DNA of 64,000 nucleotides from a virus. A program made the translations under genes and the position numbers. The stretch covers positions 1 to 64,000 of IMG/VR virus record IMGVR_UViG_3300036893_000033. One strand, 5' to 3'. This document shows positions 55,364 to 64,000 of this stretch, piece after piece (position 1 is the stretch's first letter; every line of letters begins with the position of its first letter). The notes under the pieces are model-generated. The model was not told where the DNA came from, made no database searches, and was given only the letters and a program-made list of their open reading frames with translations.

Positions 55364-56064
55364 GCACGCCGATATTCGGCCCGCTGCCAGGGCTGATCTC
55401 AACCTATAGTCGCGGCAATGCCTGGGAGGGGATTCTCGTCCAAACGTCAGCTTCGCAAATTGAGGCCCGCCAGCAGCAGCAGTCATTTGCGCGGTATTCC
55501 GCCGACCTCAGCTTTGATTATTTAACAATGCAGTCGCGCGGATCTTACACGAACGCTATCGCGGCGCAGAATCTTCAGTACGTGATAGGCTTCCAGAACT
55601 CCCTCGGCGGTGGACTGTCCAGCTTCTTCTACCGCGACCAGGAAGACAACACTGCGATAGGTTCCGTGATCGGCACTGGCGATGGCGTCACCACCAGTTT
55701 CCAGGCGGTTAGGTATTGGGGATCGAACGCTCAGCCCGTCTACGGTTTCGACACCAGAGGCGCAATCAGCTACGGCTCAGGTTACGTGCAGCCAGCATCA
55801 TATGCGCAGGCCGCGTACAGCAACGGCGTTCAGGACATGTCGGCTACTTTCGACAGCGAGACCGGAATTATAACGTACTCATCAGCGCCCGCCTCCGGCC
55901 ATGCCTTGACCGCTGATTTCACGTACCTGTATCGGTGTCGGATCTTGGAAAATTCGCTTACCTTCGGGAGGCTGTGGAACACCAATTCGCAGAGCAACCT
56001 CAGTACGCCGAATGGCTACTACACGCTGAAGTCGTTCAAAATTATTCAGGTGCTCGCATCATGA
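55360..56064 (+). CDS. Distal tail protein (DUF2460/GTA-like)
   Basis: IGTGDGVTTSFQ; GIITYSSAPASG..LTADFTYLYRCR. Confidence 0.8.
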   Translation: MSTPIFGPLPGLISTYSRGNAWEGILVQTSASQIEARQQQQSFARYSADLSFDYLTMQSRGSYTNAIAAQNLQYVIGFQNSLGGGLSSFFYRDQEDNTAIGSVIGTGDGVTTSFQAVRYWGSNAQPVYGFDTRGAISYGSGYVQPASYAQAAYSNGVQDMSATFDSETGIITYSSAPASGHALTADFTYLYRCRILENSLTFGRLWNTNSQSNLSTPNGYYTLKSFKIIQVLAS

Positions 56065-56243
56065 GAATCATCGACATCGGCGCATTCTACGTGCGTCCGC
56101 GTGGGGTCCGCGTGCCACTCACGCGCGTGAAGTCCAAACCGAAGCGTGGCCAGTATGTGCTCGATGAGGCCAAGGCGCAATATACGACCTCGCGGGCTGA
56201 TATGAAACGGCGGATCGAATATATCTACAGGGTGATCGCATGA
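56061..56243 (+). CDS. Small hypothetical protein
   Basis: ATGA-coupled; GQYVLDEAKAQYT resembles part of the tail tube protein. Confidence 0.45.
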   Translation: MRIIDIGAFYVRPRGVRVPLTRVKSKPKRGQYVLDEAKAQYTTSRADMKRRIEYIYRVIA

Positions 56244-56363
56244 CCCGCCGCCAGAGGTACCTAACCTTTATCCCCACGCTGGTCTTGGGGATTTACTTCC
56301 GGGGCGTGCCGTATGTTATCTGCCAGTACCCATGCTTGAGTCTGACGTTGACGCTTAACTAAA

Positions 56364-56714
56364 ATGACCGCTTACCCATGGCTAGACGCGACAATCGAGA
56401 AACTGAAGGAGCAGGAGCGCGCTAATCTCCTGAAGATTGAGCATCGCCTGTACGAGGATCGATACATCCGGGCGTATTTCAAGAACTACGACGTAGCGCT
56501 GAAGCATCACATCGCCGAACTGACCAGCAAGCTCGACTGGAAGCACAAGGTAAAACTGAAGATGCAACTGGACTGCCATCGGTTACGTGTTAAAATTAAT
56601 GGCGCGGTTCACTATCTGGACTTCGTGCTGTACGACGGGCAACCTCAGGTCATGCACAGAGGGCAGCCGATAGGGAACGAGGCAGGGTGGATTGTGATGG
56701 AGGCAATGAAGTAA
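56364..56714 (+). CDS. Hypothetical protein
   Basis: 116-aa ORF. Confidence 0.55.
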   Translation: MTAYPWLDATIEKLKEQERANLLKIEHRLYEDRYIRAYFKNYDVALKHHIAELTSKLDWKHKVKLKMQLDCHRLRVKINGAVHYLDFVLYDGQPQVMHRGQPIGNEAGWIVMEAMK

Positions 56715-56716
56715 CC

Positions 56717-56980
56717 ATGGAGCCGGAAAAGATCGTACTGAAATTCAGCAATATAATGACTGTATTGCGTGGCACGCTGGCTGGGCGACTGGATGCGCTG
56801 GCGGAATGGTTGTCTGGTTTGGCCGACCGTATTGCGCCGCGCGAGGCCGTGCCGCGACTAAACGATTATTCCTATAACGTGTATTCCATAAAAAGCCCGG
56901 ATGGTGCCGATTCCGTGACAACCGCGACATTGACGGTGCAGGAGAAGGCAAACACTATTACATGGAACCCGCCTTACTGA
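56717..56980 (+). CDS. Hypothetical protein
   Basis: ORF between neighbours. Confidence 0.5.
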   Translation: MEPEKIVLKFSNIMTVLRGTLAGRLDALAEWLSGLADRIAPREAVPRLNDYSYNVYSIKSPDGADSVTTATLTVQEKANTITWNPPY

Positions 56981-56984
56981 CCCC

Positions 56985-58793
56985 ATGAAGTCTTCCGCCT
57001 CTCCCCAGCTAATCGCCTTTCTGAACCAGCCGAACCTGAAGTTCTATGGCGCGGACATCTACGAGTTCGTCCTCCAGAACACCACCAGCGTCCAGTATGC
57101 GATCACGGGGATCACGCAGGCTACCACAGGCGTCGTCTCCTACTCCGGCAGCGCCCCTGTCGCGGTCGGCAGTAAAGTCTATTTCAACTACGTTGCGGGC
57201 ATGACGCAAATCAATATGCTCACGGGCACCGTACTCACCACCGGATCAGGCACGTTCACAGTGGACATCGCCACCAATGTGTTCAACGCCTACGTCTCCG
57301 GCGGCACGTTCGCGGTCCTGCCTGTCTTCCGCTGCTCCACCTTCGACCGCCCAATCCTGTACAACGGCGATTACTACCCGGTGGCGCGGGCGGCGGTCAA
57401 CCAGTTGTACGCCGTGACCGGCATCTCCCAGGCCACGCTGGCAGTCGTGGATATCACCAAAAACCCGTTCAGCGTCGGCGACTCCATGATCTTCGAGTCT
57501 GTCGGGGGCATGACGGAGATCAACGGGATGCAGGGGTACGTGGTCGCCCGCGATCCGGCGACCTGCACGATTACGATAGACACCACGTCCTTCGGAGCCT
57601 ACGCCTCAGGCGGCACGGCGCTGATGCTCTCCGTCCCCGCCATGACGCGCTCGAAGCTGTCCCAGGCGGTCGGATTGAAGGCCAGCAAGGCGGATATCAC
57701 GCTTCAGGCGACCCCCGACGCGCTCATCGCGGGACAGCCCATGCTTACGGCTATCGCACAGGGGGCGCTCGACAACGCTCAGGTTACGATCCGGCGCTGT
57801 TTTATGACCTACGGGGACGTTCACTACAACGACGGCCAGCTGAACGGCCCAGCGATCTGCAATCTGACCGGGTCTCCGTTCGGGACGGGCGATGGCACGA
57901 TCATCTGGTTTGCGGGCAACGTCGGAGCGATCACGAAGGTCGAAGCGCTCAAGGCCGAAATGGAAGTTTGGGATCTGATCTACCTCCTGAACCGGCCAAC
58001 ACCCAAGAATACCCTTGGACCGGGGTGCTGGCATCAGTTGTTTGATGAAGGATGCGGGATCAGTCCCGGTGGTGGGTTCGGTGGCGTCAACTGGACACAG
58101 ACGGGGGGGACGATCACGAGCGCGACGACCCCAGGGGTACAGGCGTTCTCAACGAACATCGCTGTGGGTGCGCCACCACCGCCACCACCAGCGCCAGTGT
58201 TTTCCCCAACAAATGGCATAAACGGCGGCATTAAGACCCTTCCAGGAAACTTCTATTATGCTGTCCTGACCTACGTATCGACAATTGGCGGGGAGACGCT
58301 GGCGTCACCTGTGTCGGTATCGATGTTCCTTGACCCTGGGTATGTCCCCAGGATTCAGCCTCCACCAGATCCAGGCAACGCTGTCGGCTGGAACGTCTAT
58401 GTTGGCACTGAACCGGGAGCGGAGAACCTTCAGAACGGCGCTGTAATCCCTTTCAGCGGCGCGGGCAGCGGGCCATGGACATCCCCCAACGTCGGCATCA
58501 GCTACAACGTGGAGACCCCGCCCGTATTCCCCGGCGCGGGGTACTGGTCGCAGGGGGTTATCACGTTCACCAGCGGCGTCCTGAACGGGATCTCAGCGGT
58601 GGTCGATACGTCTGACGACGCCACCGGGTTTATGACTTTGCGGGTGCCTTTGATTATTGCGCCTACAGTCGGGACTAGTTTTTCGGTGCAATGTAACTGT
58701 GTGAAAACTTACTACAGTTGTAGTTACAAATTTGGGAACACGATCCACCTCGCGGCTGTGCCGTATACACCAACCCCAGAGCAGGCTTTTTAA
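56985..58793 (+). CDS. Baseplate hub / tail protein (DUF2163, BR0599-like) with inserted repeats
   Basis: MKSSASPQLIAFL, GALDNAQV, CWHQLFDEGCG, G.ITFTSG.LNG, C.KT...C..KFGN...PYTPTPE. Confidence 0.85.
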   Translation: MKSSASPQLIAFLNQPNLKFYGADIYEFVLQNTTSVQYAITGITQATTGVVSYSGSAPVAVGSKVYFNYVAGMTQINMLTGTVLTTGSGTFTVDIATNVFNAYVSGGTFAVLPVFRCSTFDRPILYNGDYYPVARAAVNQLYAVTGISQATLAVVDITKNPFSVGDSMIFESVGGMTEINGMQGYVVARDPATCTITIDTTSFGAYASGGTALMLSVPAMTRSKLSQAVGLKASKADITLQATPDALIAGQPMLTAIAQGALDNAQVTIRRCFMTYGDVHYNDGQLNGPAICNLTGSPFGTGDGTIIWFAGNVGAITKVEALKAEMEVWDLIYLLNRPTPKNTLGPGCWHQLFDEGCGISPGGGFGGVNWTQTGGTITSATTPGVQAFSTNIAVGAPPPPPPAPVFSPTNGINGGIKTLPGNFYYAVLTYVSTIGGETLASPVSVSMFLDPGYVPRIQPPPDPGNAVGWNVYVGTEPGAENLQNGAVIPFSGAGSGPWTSPNVGISYNVETPPVFPGAGYWSQGVITFTSGVLNGISAVVDTSDDATGFMTLRVPLIIAPTVGTSFSVQCNCVKTYYSCSYKFGNTIHLAAVPYTPTPEQAF

Positions 58794-59139
58794 TCAACAA
58801 CTTACAGTGAATCTAAATTTCTGCTAAAATAGCAATTGCCCGCAGCGTGTCGAGCGCTGAGGGCAATCTAACCAGGAGTGATCGGAAAGGATCGCAGATG
58901 GCTGAAGACAAGAATATCAGGTGGTGCATCTACTCGCTCGCAGCCCAAGAGTACACCCCCTAAATGCCCCTCTACGAATCCCCCGTTAACGACGCCGAAA
59001 TCTACCTCACCGGCGACCACATCAGTCTGTACATAAACCAGGGCGACTGCGTGCTGCATATGGGCGCGGCGGCGGCGCGGGCGGTGATAAACCTGCTGAC
59101 GGCGGCGATGGAGAGGCTGAAGGAGAGTAAGATAGAAAC

Positions 59140-59394
59140 ATGAGCGCAGCCAGTCGCCAATACAAAAATATCAAAAACTGTGATTTAGGATGGAATCACA
59201 TAATGATAGAGGTCGAACGTGAACTGTCGGAGGCCCAAAGAAGGGTGGTGGATCTTCAGCAATCACGCAATATCATACTTGATAAAATTCAGAACGGTGA
59301 GCTATGCCCAATAAAACTGGCTTTGGGGGATGCAGTAGCTCAGACGCCAGCAGATGATCCCGGAGCCCCTCCCCGACATGAGATAAGCGCATGA
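59140..59394 (+). CDS. Hypothetical protein
   Basis: 84-aa ORF. Confidence 0.5.
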   Translation: MSAASRQYKNIKNCDLGWNHIMIEVERELSEAQRRVVDLQQSRNIILDKIQNGELCPIKLALGDAVAQTPADDPGAPPRHEISA

Positions 59395-59657
59395 ACGTTT
59401 GGTATTGCCTCTACAGGACGCTTGACTACGCGGCCTTTATAACCGCCCAATTGTGGATACAATGGTTCTTATATTGGAAGTGGAGTGCCTTTGCGGTCGC
59501 CTTTGAGCGCGGTTGTGTCACATTTCGTGGCGTCGGAGAGGTAGCCTTTGCCATCGCTATAATGTGGTTCTTTTTGTACTGGTCCATGACTTGGAACAGG
59601 AAGGCAGATAAATTGCGAAGCGCGGGTTCGCCGTCTGATCTGGGGGCTGAGGTATAA
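59391..59657 (+). CDS. Membrane protein
   Basis: Aromatic/hydrophobic segments. Confidence 0.55.
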   Translation: MNVWYCLYRTLDYAAFITAQLWIQWFLYWKWSAFAVAFERGCVTFRGVGEVAFAIAIMWFFLYWSMTWNRKADKLRSAGSPSDLGAEV

Positions 59658-59661
59658 AATT

Positions 59662-60045
59662 ATGAACGTTAGCCGAAGGGGATTATTCACCTCAGCAGTA
59701 GTCGCCGCACTGGCAGGCCTGAAGACGCCGTGTTTTTGGGCATACGATCCCATGACCCCCACTAAACCCCCGGTGGCCACAGAATGCGGCATAGCGACAC
59801 AAAACATAACATCGGAGAGCGCGCCGTATCTGCTAAACCACAACCGTTGCCTGATTCCCTGGCCATCAGACGTTCTTGGCTGCCCGCCCCCGTATTGCAT
59901 CACGATAAGCAAGGTAATGACATTCCCCGCAACGGGCACGCTCAGCTACGTTACGGCTGACGGAAACCACCACACCGAACCGCTCTGCTTTCACCCAATT
60001 GTGTCTGTAGATGCGGTATGGTGCGACGGCAAGAGGACCGCATGA
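59662..60045 (+). CDS. Hypothetical protein with twin-arginine-like leader
   Basis: MNVSRRGLFTSAVVAALAGL. Confidence 0.55.
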   Translation: MNVSRRGLFTSAVVAALAGLKTPCFWAYDPMTPTKPPVATECGIATQNITSESAPYLLNHNRCLIPWPSDVLGCPPPYCITISKVMTFPATGTLSYVTADGNHHTEPLCFHPIVSVDAVWCDGKRTA

Positions 60046-60560
60046 CCTCATCTCCCATGCCAGAAGCCGAAGGCCGCGCGGCTGTGCTCGCCGAGGCCCA
60101 GTCCTGGCTTCGCACGCCATTCAAAGAGGGTGCCGCTGTCCGGGGCGCTGGCATTGACTGCGGCAACCTCCTGATGGTCAGTTACCGCGCCGCTGGCATC
60201 GCCATGGACCTGACGCCTAACGCGAACATATCCAGCGACTGGTTCATGCACAAAAAAACAGGGCAGCTGCTGAATCCCGTCTCTGCCCACGCCCGTGAGG
60301 TAACCGTTCCGCAACCGGGGGACTGCGTGCTGTTCTTTATCGGCAAGGACTGGGCGCACGCCGCCATCGTAGCGCGGCAGGGCTACCCGGTCGTTATCCA
60401 GGCGCGCTGGAAGGCCTGCGTTCAACTGGCCGACTGCACGCAGGGAGATATGAAGAACCTGAAGCGGGTATTTTATTCGCCGTGGAGCGCGCCTGCGCCG
60501 GTGGCTTCTCCGTTCGGGCTGCATGGGGTTGACGCGCACGCTGCCGTGGTGCCGGTGTGA
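60042..60560 (+). CDS. NlpC/P60 tail-associated peptidase
   Basis: RAAVLAEAQSWLRTPF...GAGIDCGNL, PGDCVLF, HAAIV. Confidence 0.88.
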   Translation: MTSSPMPEAEGRAAVLAEAQSWLRTPFKEGAAVRGAGIDCGNLLMVSYRAAGIAMDLTPNANISSDWFMHKKTGQLLNPVSAHAREVTVPQPGDCVLFFIGKDWAHAAIVARQGYPVVIQARWKACVQLADCTQGDMKNLKRVFYSPWSAPAPVASPFGLHGVDAHAAVVPV

Positions 60561-60612
60561 GCGCGGAAGTGGACCATGGTGGCGGATCAGTCCGGGAGTT
60601 AAAATAGCAAAC

Positions 60613-61083
60613 ATGGAAGTCAAACGCAGATCTTTTTTCTCCGCGCTTATCGCGCCGATTGTCGGGCTGTTTACAGGTGACCGGGTTGAGGCAAAGATGG
60701 TGGAACTCAGGGGCAATGGCCATGAGTTTCCCGCCGACGTGTCGGTTGCCGAACCATCCGTCCGCGACCTGTTCACCTTTAACGGCTGGAGCGCTATCAA
60801 CCCCAGGCGATGCTATAAATGCGGAGAGCCTCACCGAGACGCCTTCACACTCTATGCGTTTACCTCCGTCACGCCGCCAGCGCCGCCGCCAGCTTTGGGA
60901 AGAAACGTTGAGTCTGCGTTTGCGCTCATGCCTATCGACGAAACAAGGCTCGCTGAGTTCATCGCACTCGGAAAATCGATAGGCTTCTATCCGCAGAGCA
61001 TGGACATTACCCGCTCATGGGACAAGTACGCAATGGTCACGTTGGCATTTTCACAGGGGCCAGACCCGCGCGTCAAGCTGTGA
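60613..61083 (+). CDS. Hypothetical protein with twin-arginine-like leader
   Basis: MEVKRRSFFSALIAPIVGLF. Confidence 0.55.
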   Translation: MEVKRRSFFSALIAPIVGLFTGDRVEAKMVELRGNGHEFPADVSVAEPSVRDLFTFNGWSAINPRRCYKCGEPHRDAFTLYAFTSVTPPAPPPALGRNVESAFALMPIDETRLAEFIALGKSIGFYPQSMDITRSWDKYAMVTLAFSQGPDPRVKL

Positions 61084-61349
61084 CCACTGAGCAGCGCATC
61101 ATAGCCATATTCGAGCGCGAGGCCCAGGCGTTCCCTGGCGCCTCCCGCATGGCCGGACACACCGAAGTCCGCCCGATCACGCTGGCCACGACCGCCGCCG
61201 ACATCGACTCGCTTGCGTTCATGTCTGCGATCACGAACGTGGAGAATGAGTTTCGCGTGATTACGAACGAGGAGTATGCGGGGCTGCGGTGCGTGGGGGA
61301 TTTGTGCCGGTTGTTTAGTGGGGCACATGAGGAAGTCCGCGTGGTGTAA
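61080..61349 (+). CDS. Acyl-carrier-protein-like protein
   Basis: TTEQRIIAIF...DIDSLAFMSAITNVENEF...EEYAGLRCVGDL (DSL phosphopantetheine motif). Confidence 0.7.
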   Translation: MTTEQRIIAIFEREAQAFPGASRMAGHTEVRPITLATTAADIDSLAFMSAITNVENEFRVITNEEYAGLRCVGDLCRLFSGAHEEVRVV

Positions 61350-61494
61350 CCTTGGTATGGAGCACTGGCCTCCACCATGGGGTCATACAGGGGCGCGCCT
61401 CCCGCTACGGGGCACGCTCCTGTTCCTGAATCCGTAGCGTCTCACACAGACTGCATACATTATCCGCTCCCCTTTCTGTTCTAAACTGTAAGCA

Positions 61495-64000
61495 GTGTCT
61501 TTATTTGGCAGTTCCGGCCCGCCCCCGATAGCTTCCTTCCAGAATACGCAGCCTTTTGGCGCGTACCCGGTCCAGCAAAGCTTGCGTGGGCAGGCTTTAC
61601 AGATCGCTATTGGCACCCCAAGAGTCACTGGCGGCGTCGGGTGGATTGGGGACTGGCATACCATACCGGGCAGTAGCGGCAGCAGCAAGGTCGGTAAGGG
61701 GTCGGGCGGTGGCAAGGGCGCGGTTGATGTCCTGTACGTCGCCTCATTCGCAATTTTTATCTGCCAGGGTGGCCCGAACCCAAGCTCATACGGCACGGTC
61801 TGGCGCGACCGCAGCATCTATGTCCCGACCAACTCCCAATCTCCGATCCCGCTGTACTTTTCCACTGGCCTCCGTGGCCAGGACCCCACTCTAAACACCG
61901 TCCTCTCGGCTGGCGGCCAGTTCGGGCCATACCCGGCCAATCAGATCCTCGGCTACAGCGAAATGACGATTGCCTGGTACAAGGATGCCAACCTCGGCAG
62001 TTCCGGCGCGATCTCCAACTACTCATACGAAATCTTCGGCCAGGCCACGTACGCGGGGACCGTTACGGTCTCCGGCACCTCGGTAACCGCCAACGCCGGG
62101 TGCCAGAGTTTCACCGGCACCATCGGCTTCCCGTCCATGATCGAGTTAACGGGAACGATCACGCTCGACGGCGTGGTCTGCCCGGTGGCCTCAGTTAACT
62201 CCGGTACCTCAATAACGCTCGTGTCCTCAGCCACCTCGGGCGCTACGGTGCCATTCGCCGCCGTCCTGTCCCCCGATGCGCTGGTCACCGAGGCCATATT
62301 CTTTCTGTTAACGGACTTCAATTGCGCTCACTTCCCGTATGCCAGTATCGGGAGCATGCAGGCCCCGTACGGGGTCGTTAACGTATCGCTGACGGTGGTC
62401 AACTGGGTATCCGGGGACAAGTTTGGCGGTCTTGTCGTGGGCACCAACATCGCCATATACCGCGCACAGTACGTCATCGCGACCATCGTCTCCGATACGC
62501 AATTGACCCTCACCACCACGGTCGCTGGCGGTTATCTGTACAACGTGCTCTTCTTCGGATGCGGCGGCGTCACGAACTACTGCCTCGCCGCCGGACTCGG
62601 CATCTCCCCCATCATCGCCAACCAGGACACGTACTCAAGATACCTGGCAGAGTGGTTTCTGGTCGGGAACATGGAGATGTTTTCGAGCGAAGGCATCCTC
62701 AAGTTTGCCACCTACGCGGATAGTCTGATGACCGGAAACGGCGTCACCTTCGTGCCGAATCTGACCCCCGTCTACAGCCTCAGCCTGGACTCTTTCATAG
62801 CGCCACAAGGCCAGGCTCCGGTGGTATTCTCCCGCACGGCCCCACGCGATATCAACAACCGCCTTGTACTGCAATATAACAACAGGGGCAATCAGTATAA
62901 CCCCGAGATCATGGAAGACGAGGACGCCTGGTCGATTCAGTACCAGGTCGGGCGGCGTAACACCGGGGCGGTCATCTCCCTGCCTTGCATTTGTGAGGCT
63001 ACCGTCGCGCAGTCGGTTCTCAGCACGCAACTCAAGCGCAACGTCTACATGGTCCGCAAGGTCGCCTTCACGCTGGGGTGGGCGTACAGCATCCTGGAGC
63101 CGATGGACCTGGTGGACCTGCCCGAGCAGTATCCGTCAACCGGTTTCTGCACGGCACGTATTCTTACCATAGAAGAGGACGAGAACGGCAATCTGGCCAT
63201 GACCGCCGAGGTACTGCCGTTCCCGATACTGACACCATCGCTCTACCAGAAGGCCAGCGCCGGTGGCTTCACTGCCGGGTTCACCGCATTGCCGGGGGCG
63301 ACGAATGTGCCCGTTTTTCTGGAGTTAACGCCGCAAATGTCATCTGCCGTAACAGCAACTTCATTCATCCTCGCCATCGCGCTGTCGGGCGGCCCGAACT
63401 GGGGTGGCGCTAATGTCTTTGTGTCAACCGATGGCGGAGGCTCTTACGATGCCATCGGCGCGCAAACGATTAACGCCAACGTGGGATATCTGACATCCGG
63501 CCTCGCCGCCGTGGCCAATACGAATGTTCCCGATACGACGAATACCCTGAGCATGAATCTTCAGGAGTCGCTCGGGGATTTGAGTAGTTTTACGCAATCC
63601 CAGTGCGACAACAATGTCTCGCTGGCCTTGATCGACCAGGAGATAGTCAGCTGGAAGACGGCCACGCTGACCGGATCGAACGCCTTCGACCTGACCTACC
63701 TGCGCCGGGGAGTGTTCGGGACGCCCTGCACGGCCCACTCTTCGGGCGCCCCGTTTGCGGATTTCAGCAATAACGCCGCCAGCGCTTTCCAGTTGACGTA
63801 TTCGCCAGCCGGGGCATCGGGAAACTCGCCGACCGGTTTTCGGGTTGGCCAGACCCTGCATTTCAAGTTTCCGGCGTTCAATATGGCCGGTCAGCAGGCG
63901 CAAGCGCTTTCCGATGCCGTGGATTATGGCTATACCCTGACCGCGCCGTCCGTGCGTGCGCCGTTGAGCCTGAAGCCTTATTCGCAGCAGTATTTTTTCG
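61495..64000 (+). CDS. Tail tip / host-specificity protein (runs off window; absent from the ORF track)
   Basis: GTG start; hand-checked stretches are in one open frame; NLGSSGAISNYSYEI, LEPMDLV, WGGANVFVSTDGG, LRRGVFGT, GQTLHFKFPAFN. Confidence 0.88.
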   Translation, partial: MSLFGSSGPPPIASFQNTQPFGAYPVQQSLRGQALQIAIGTPRVTGGVGWIGDWHTIPGSSGSSKVGKGSGGGKGAVDVLYVASFAIFICQGGPNPSSYGTVWRDRSIYVPTNSQSPIPLYFSTGLRGQDPTLNTVLSAGGQFGPYPANQILGYSEMTIAWYKDANLGSSGAISNYSYEIFGQATYAGTVTVSGTSVTANAGCQSFTGTIGFPSMIELTGTITLDGVVCPVASVNSGTSITLVSSATSGATVPFAAVLSPDALVTEAIFFLLTDFNCAHFPYASIGSMQAPYGVVNVSLTVVNWVSGDKFGGLVVGTNIAIYRAQYVIATIVSDTQLTLTTTVAGGYLYNVLFFGCGGVTNYCLAAGLGISPIIANQDTYSRYLAEWFLVGNMEMFSSEGILKFATYADSLMTGNGVTFVPNLTPVYSLSLDSFIAPQGQAPVVFSRTAPRDINNRLVLQYNNRGNQYNPEIMEDEDAWSIQYQVGRRNTGAVISLPCICEATVAQSVLSTQLKRNVYMVRKVAFTLGWAYSILEPMDLVDLPEQYPSTGFCTARILTIEEDENGNLAMTAEVLPFPILTPSLYQKASAGGFTAGFTALPGATNVPVFLELTPQMSSAVTATSFILAIALSGGPNWGGANVFVSTDGGGSYDAIGAQTINANVGYLTSGLAAVANTNVPDTTNTLSMNLQESLGDLSSFTQSQCDNNVSLALIDQEIVSWKTATLTGSNAFDLTYLRRGVFGTPCTAHSSGAPFADFSNNAASAFQLTYSPAGASGNSPTGFRVGQTLHFKFPAFNMAGQQAQALSDAVDYGYTLTAPSVRAPLSLKPYSQQYFF

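Noticed and set aside
58898-58963. Possible GIY-YIG endonuclease stub (MAEDKNIRWCIYSL...)
   Set aside because: Only 21 aa, too little to support a family call.

Overview
This window is a 64-kb piece of a GC-rich tailed phage or prophage, probably a siphovirus with a GTA-like tail tip. A captured Ig-like gene fragment hints at an acidobacterial host, but that is an inference. Layout: 1-8 kb is a rightward replication/DNA-modification block (three DNA methyltransferases plus a truncated one, VRR-NUC, CHC2 zinc finger, VapE helicase). 8-25 kb is mostly leftward small accessory genes, with an IS1595 element, a truncated HipA-like kinase/DUF3037 pair, an AT-rich iteron-like region, a TerS-like gene, a serine recombinase and unusual repeat arrays. 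25.7-64 kb is a rightward block with an intein-containing terminase, a J-domain protein, portal, protease/scaffold, capsid, neck, tail tube, frameshifted tail chaperones, tape measure, and DUF2460/DUF2163/NlpC/tail-tip genes; the last gene runs off the window. Most notable: (1) a transposase-less IS1595-type cassette (732-1800, 28-bp TIRs, 8-bp TSD) carrying only an adenine methyltransferase, inserted in the start of the VRR-NUC gene while supplying it a new in-frame coupled start; an autonomous IS1595 with near-identical ends and PAPS-reductase-like cargo lies 8 kb away, so the two may form a shuttle for DNA-modification genes; (2) a portal-2H phosphoesterase (Acb1-like)-MuF triple fusion; (3) a ~38-unit GGCTGACC array tied to a leader motif repeated three times; (4) an acyl-carrier-like protein and a glycosyltransferase inside the tail operon. 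All functional calls come from reading motifs by eye; no database searches were run.
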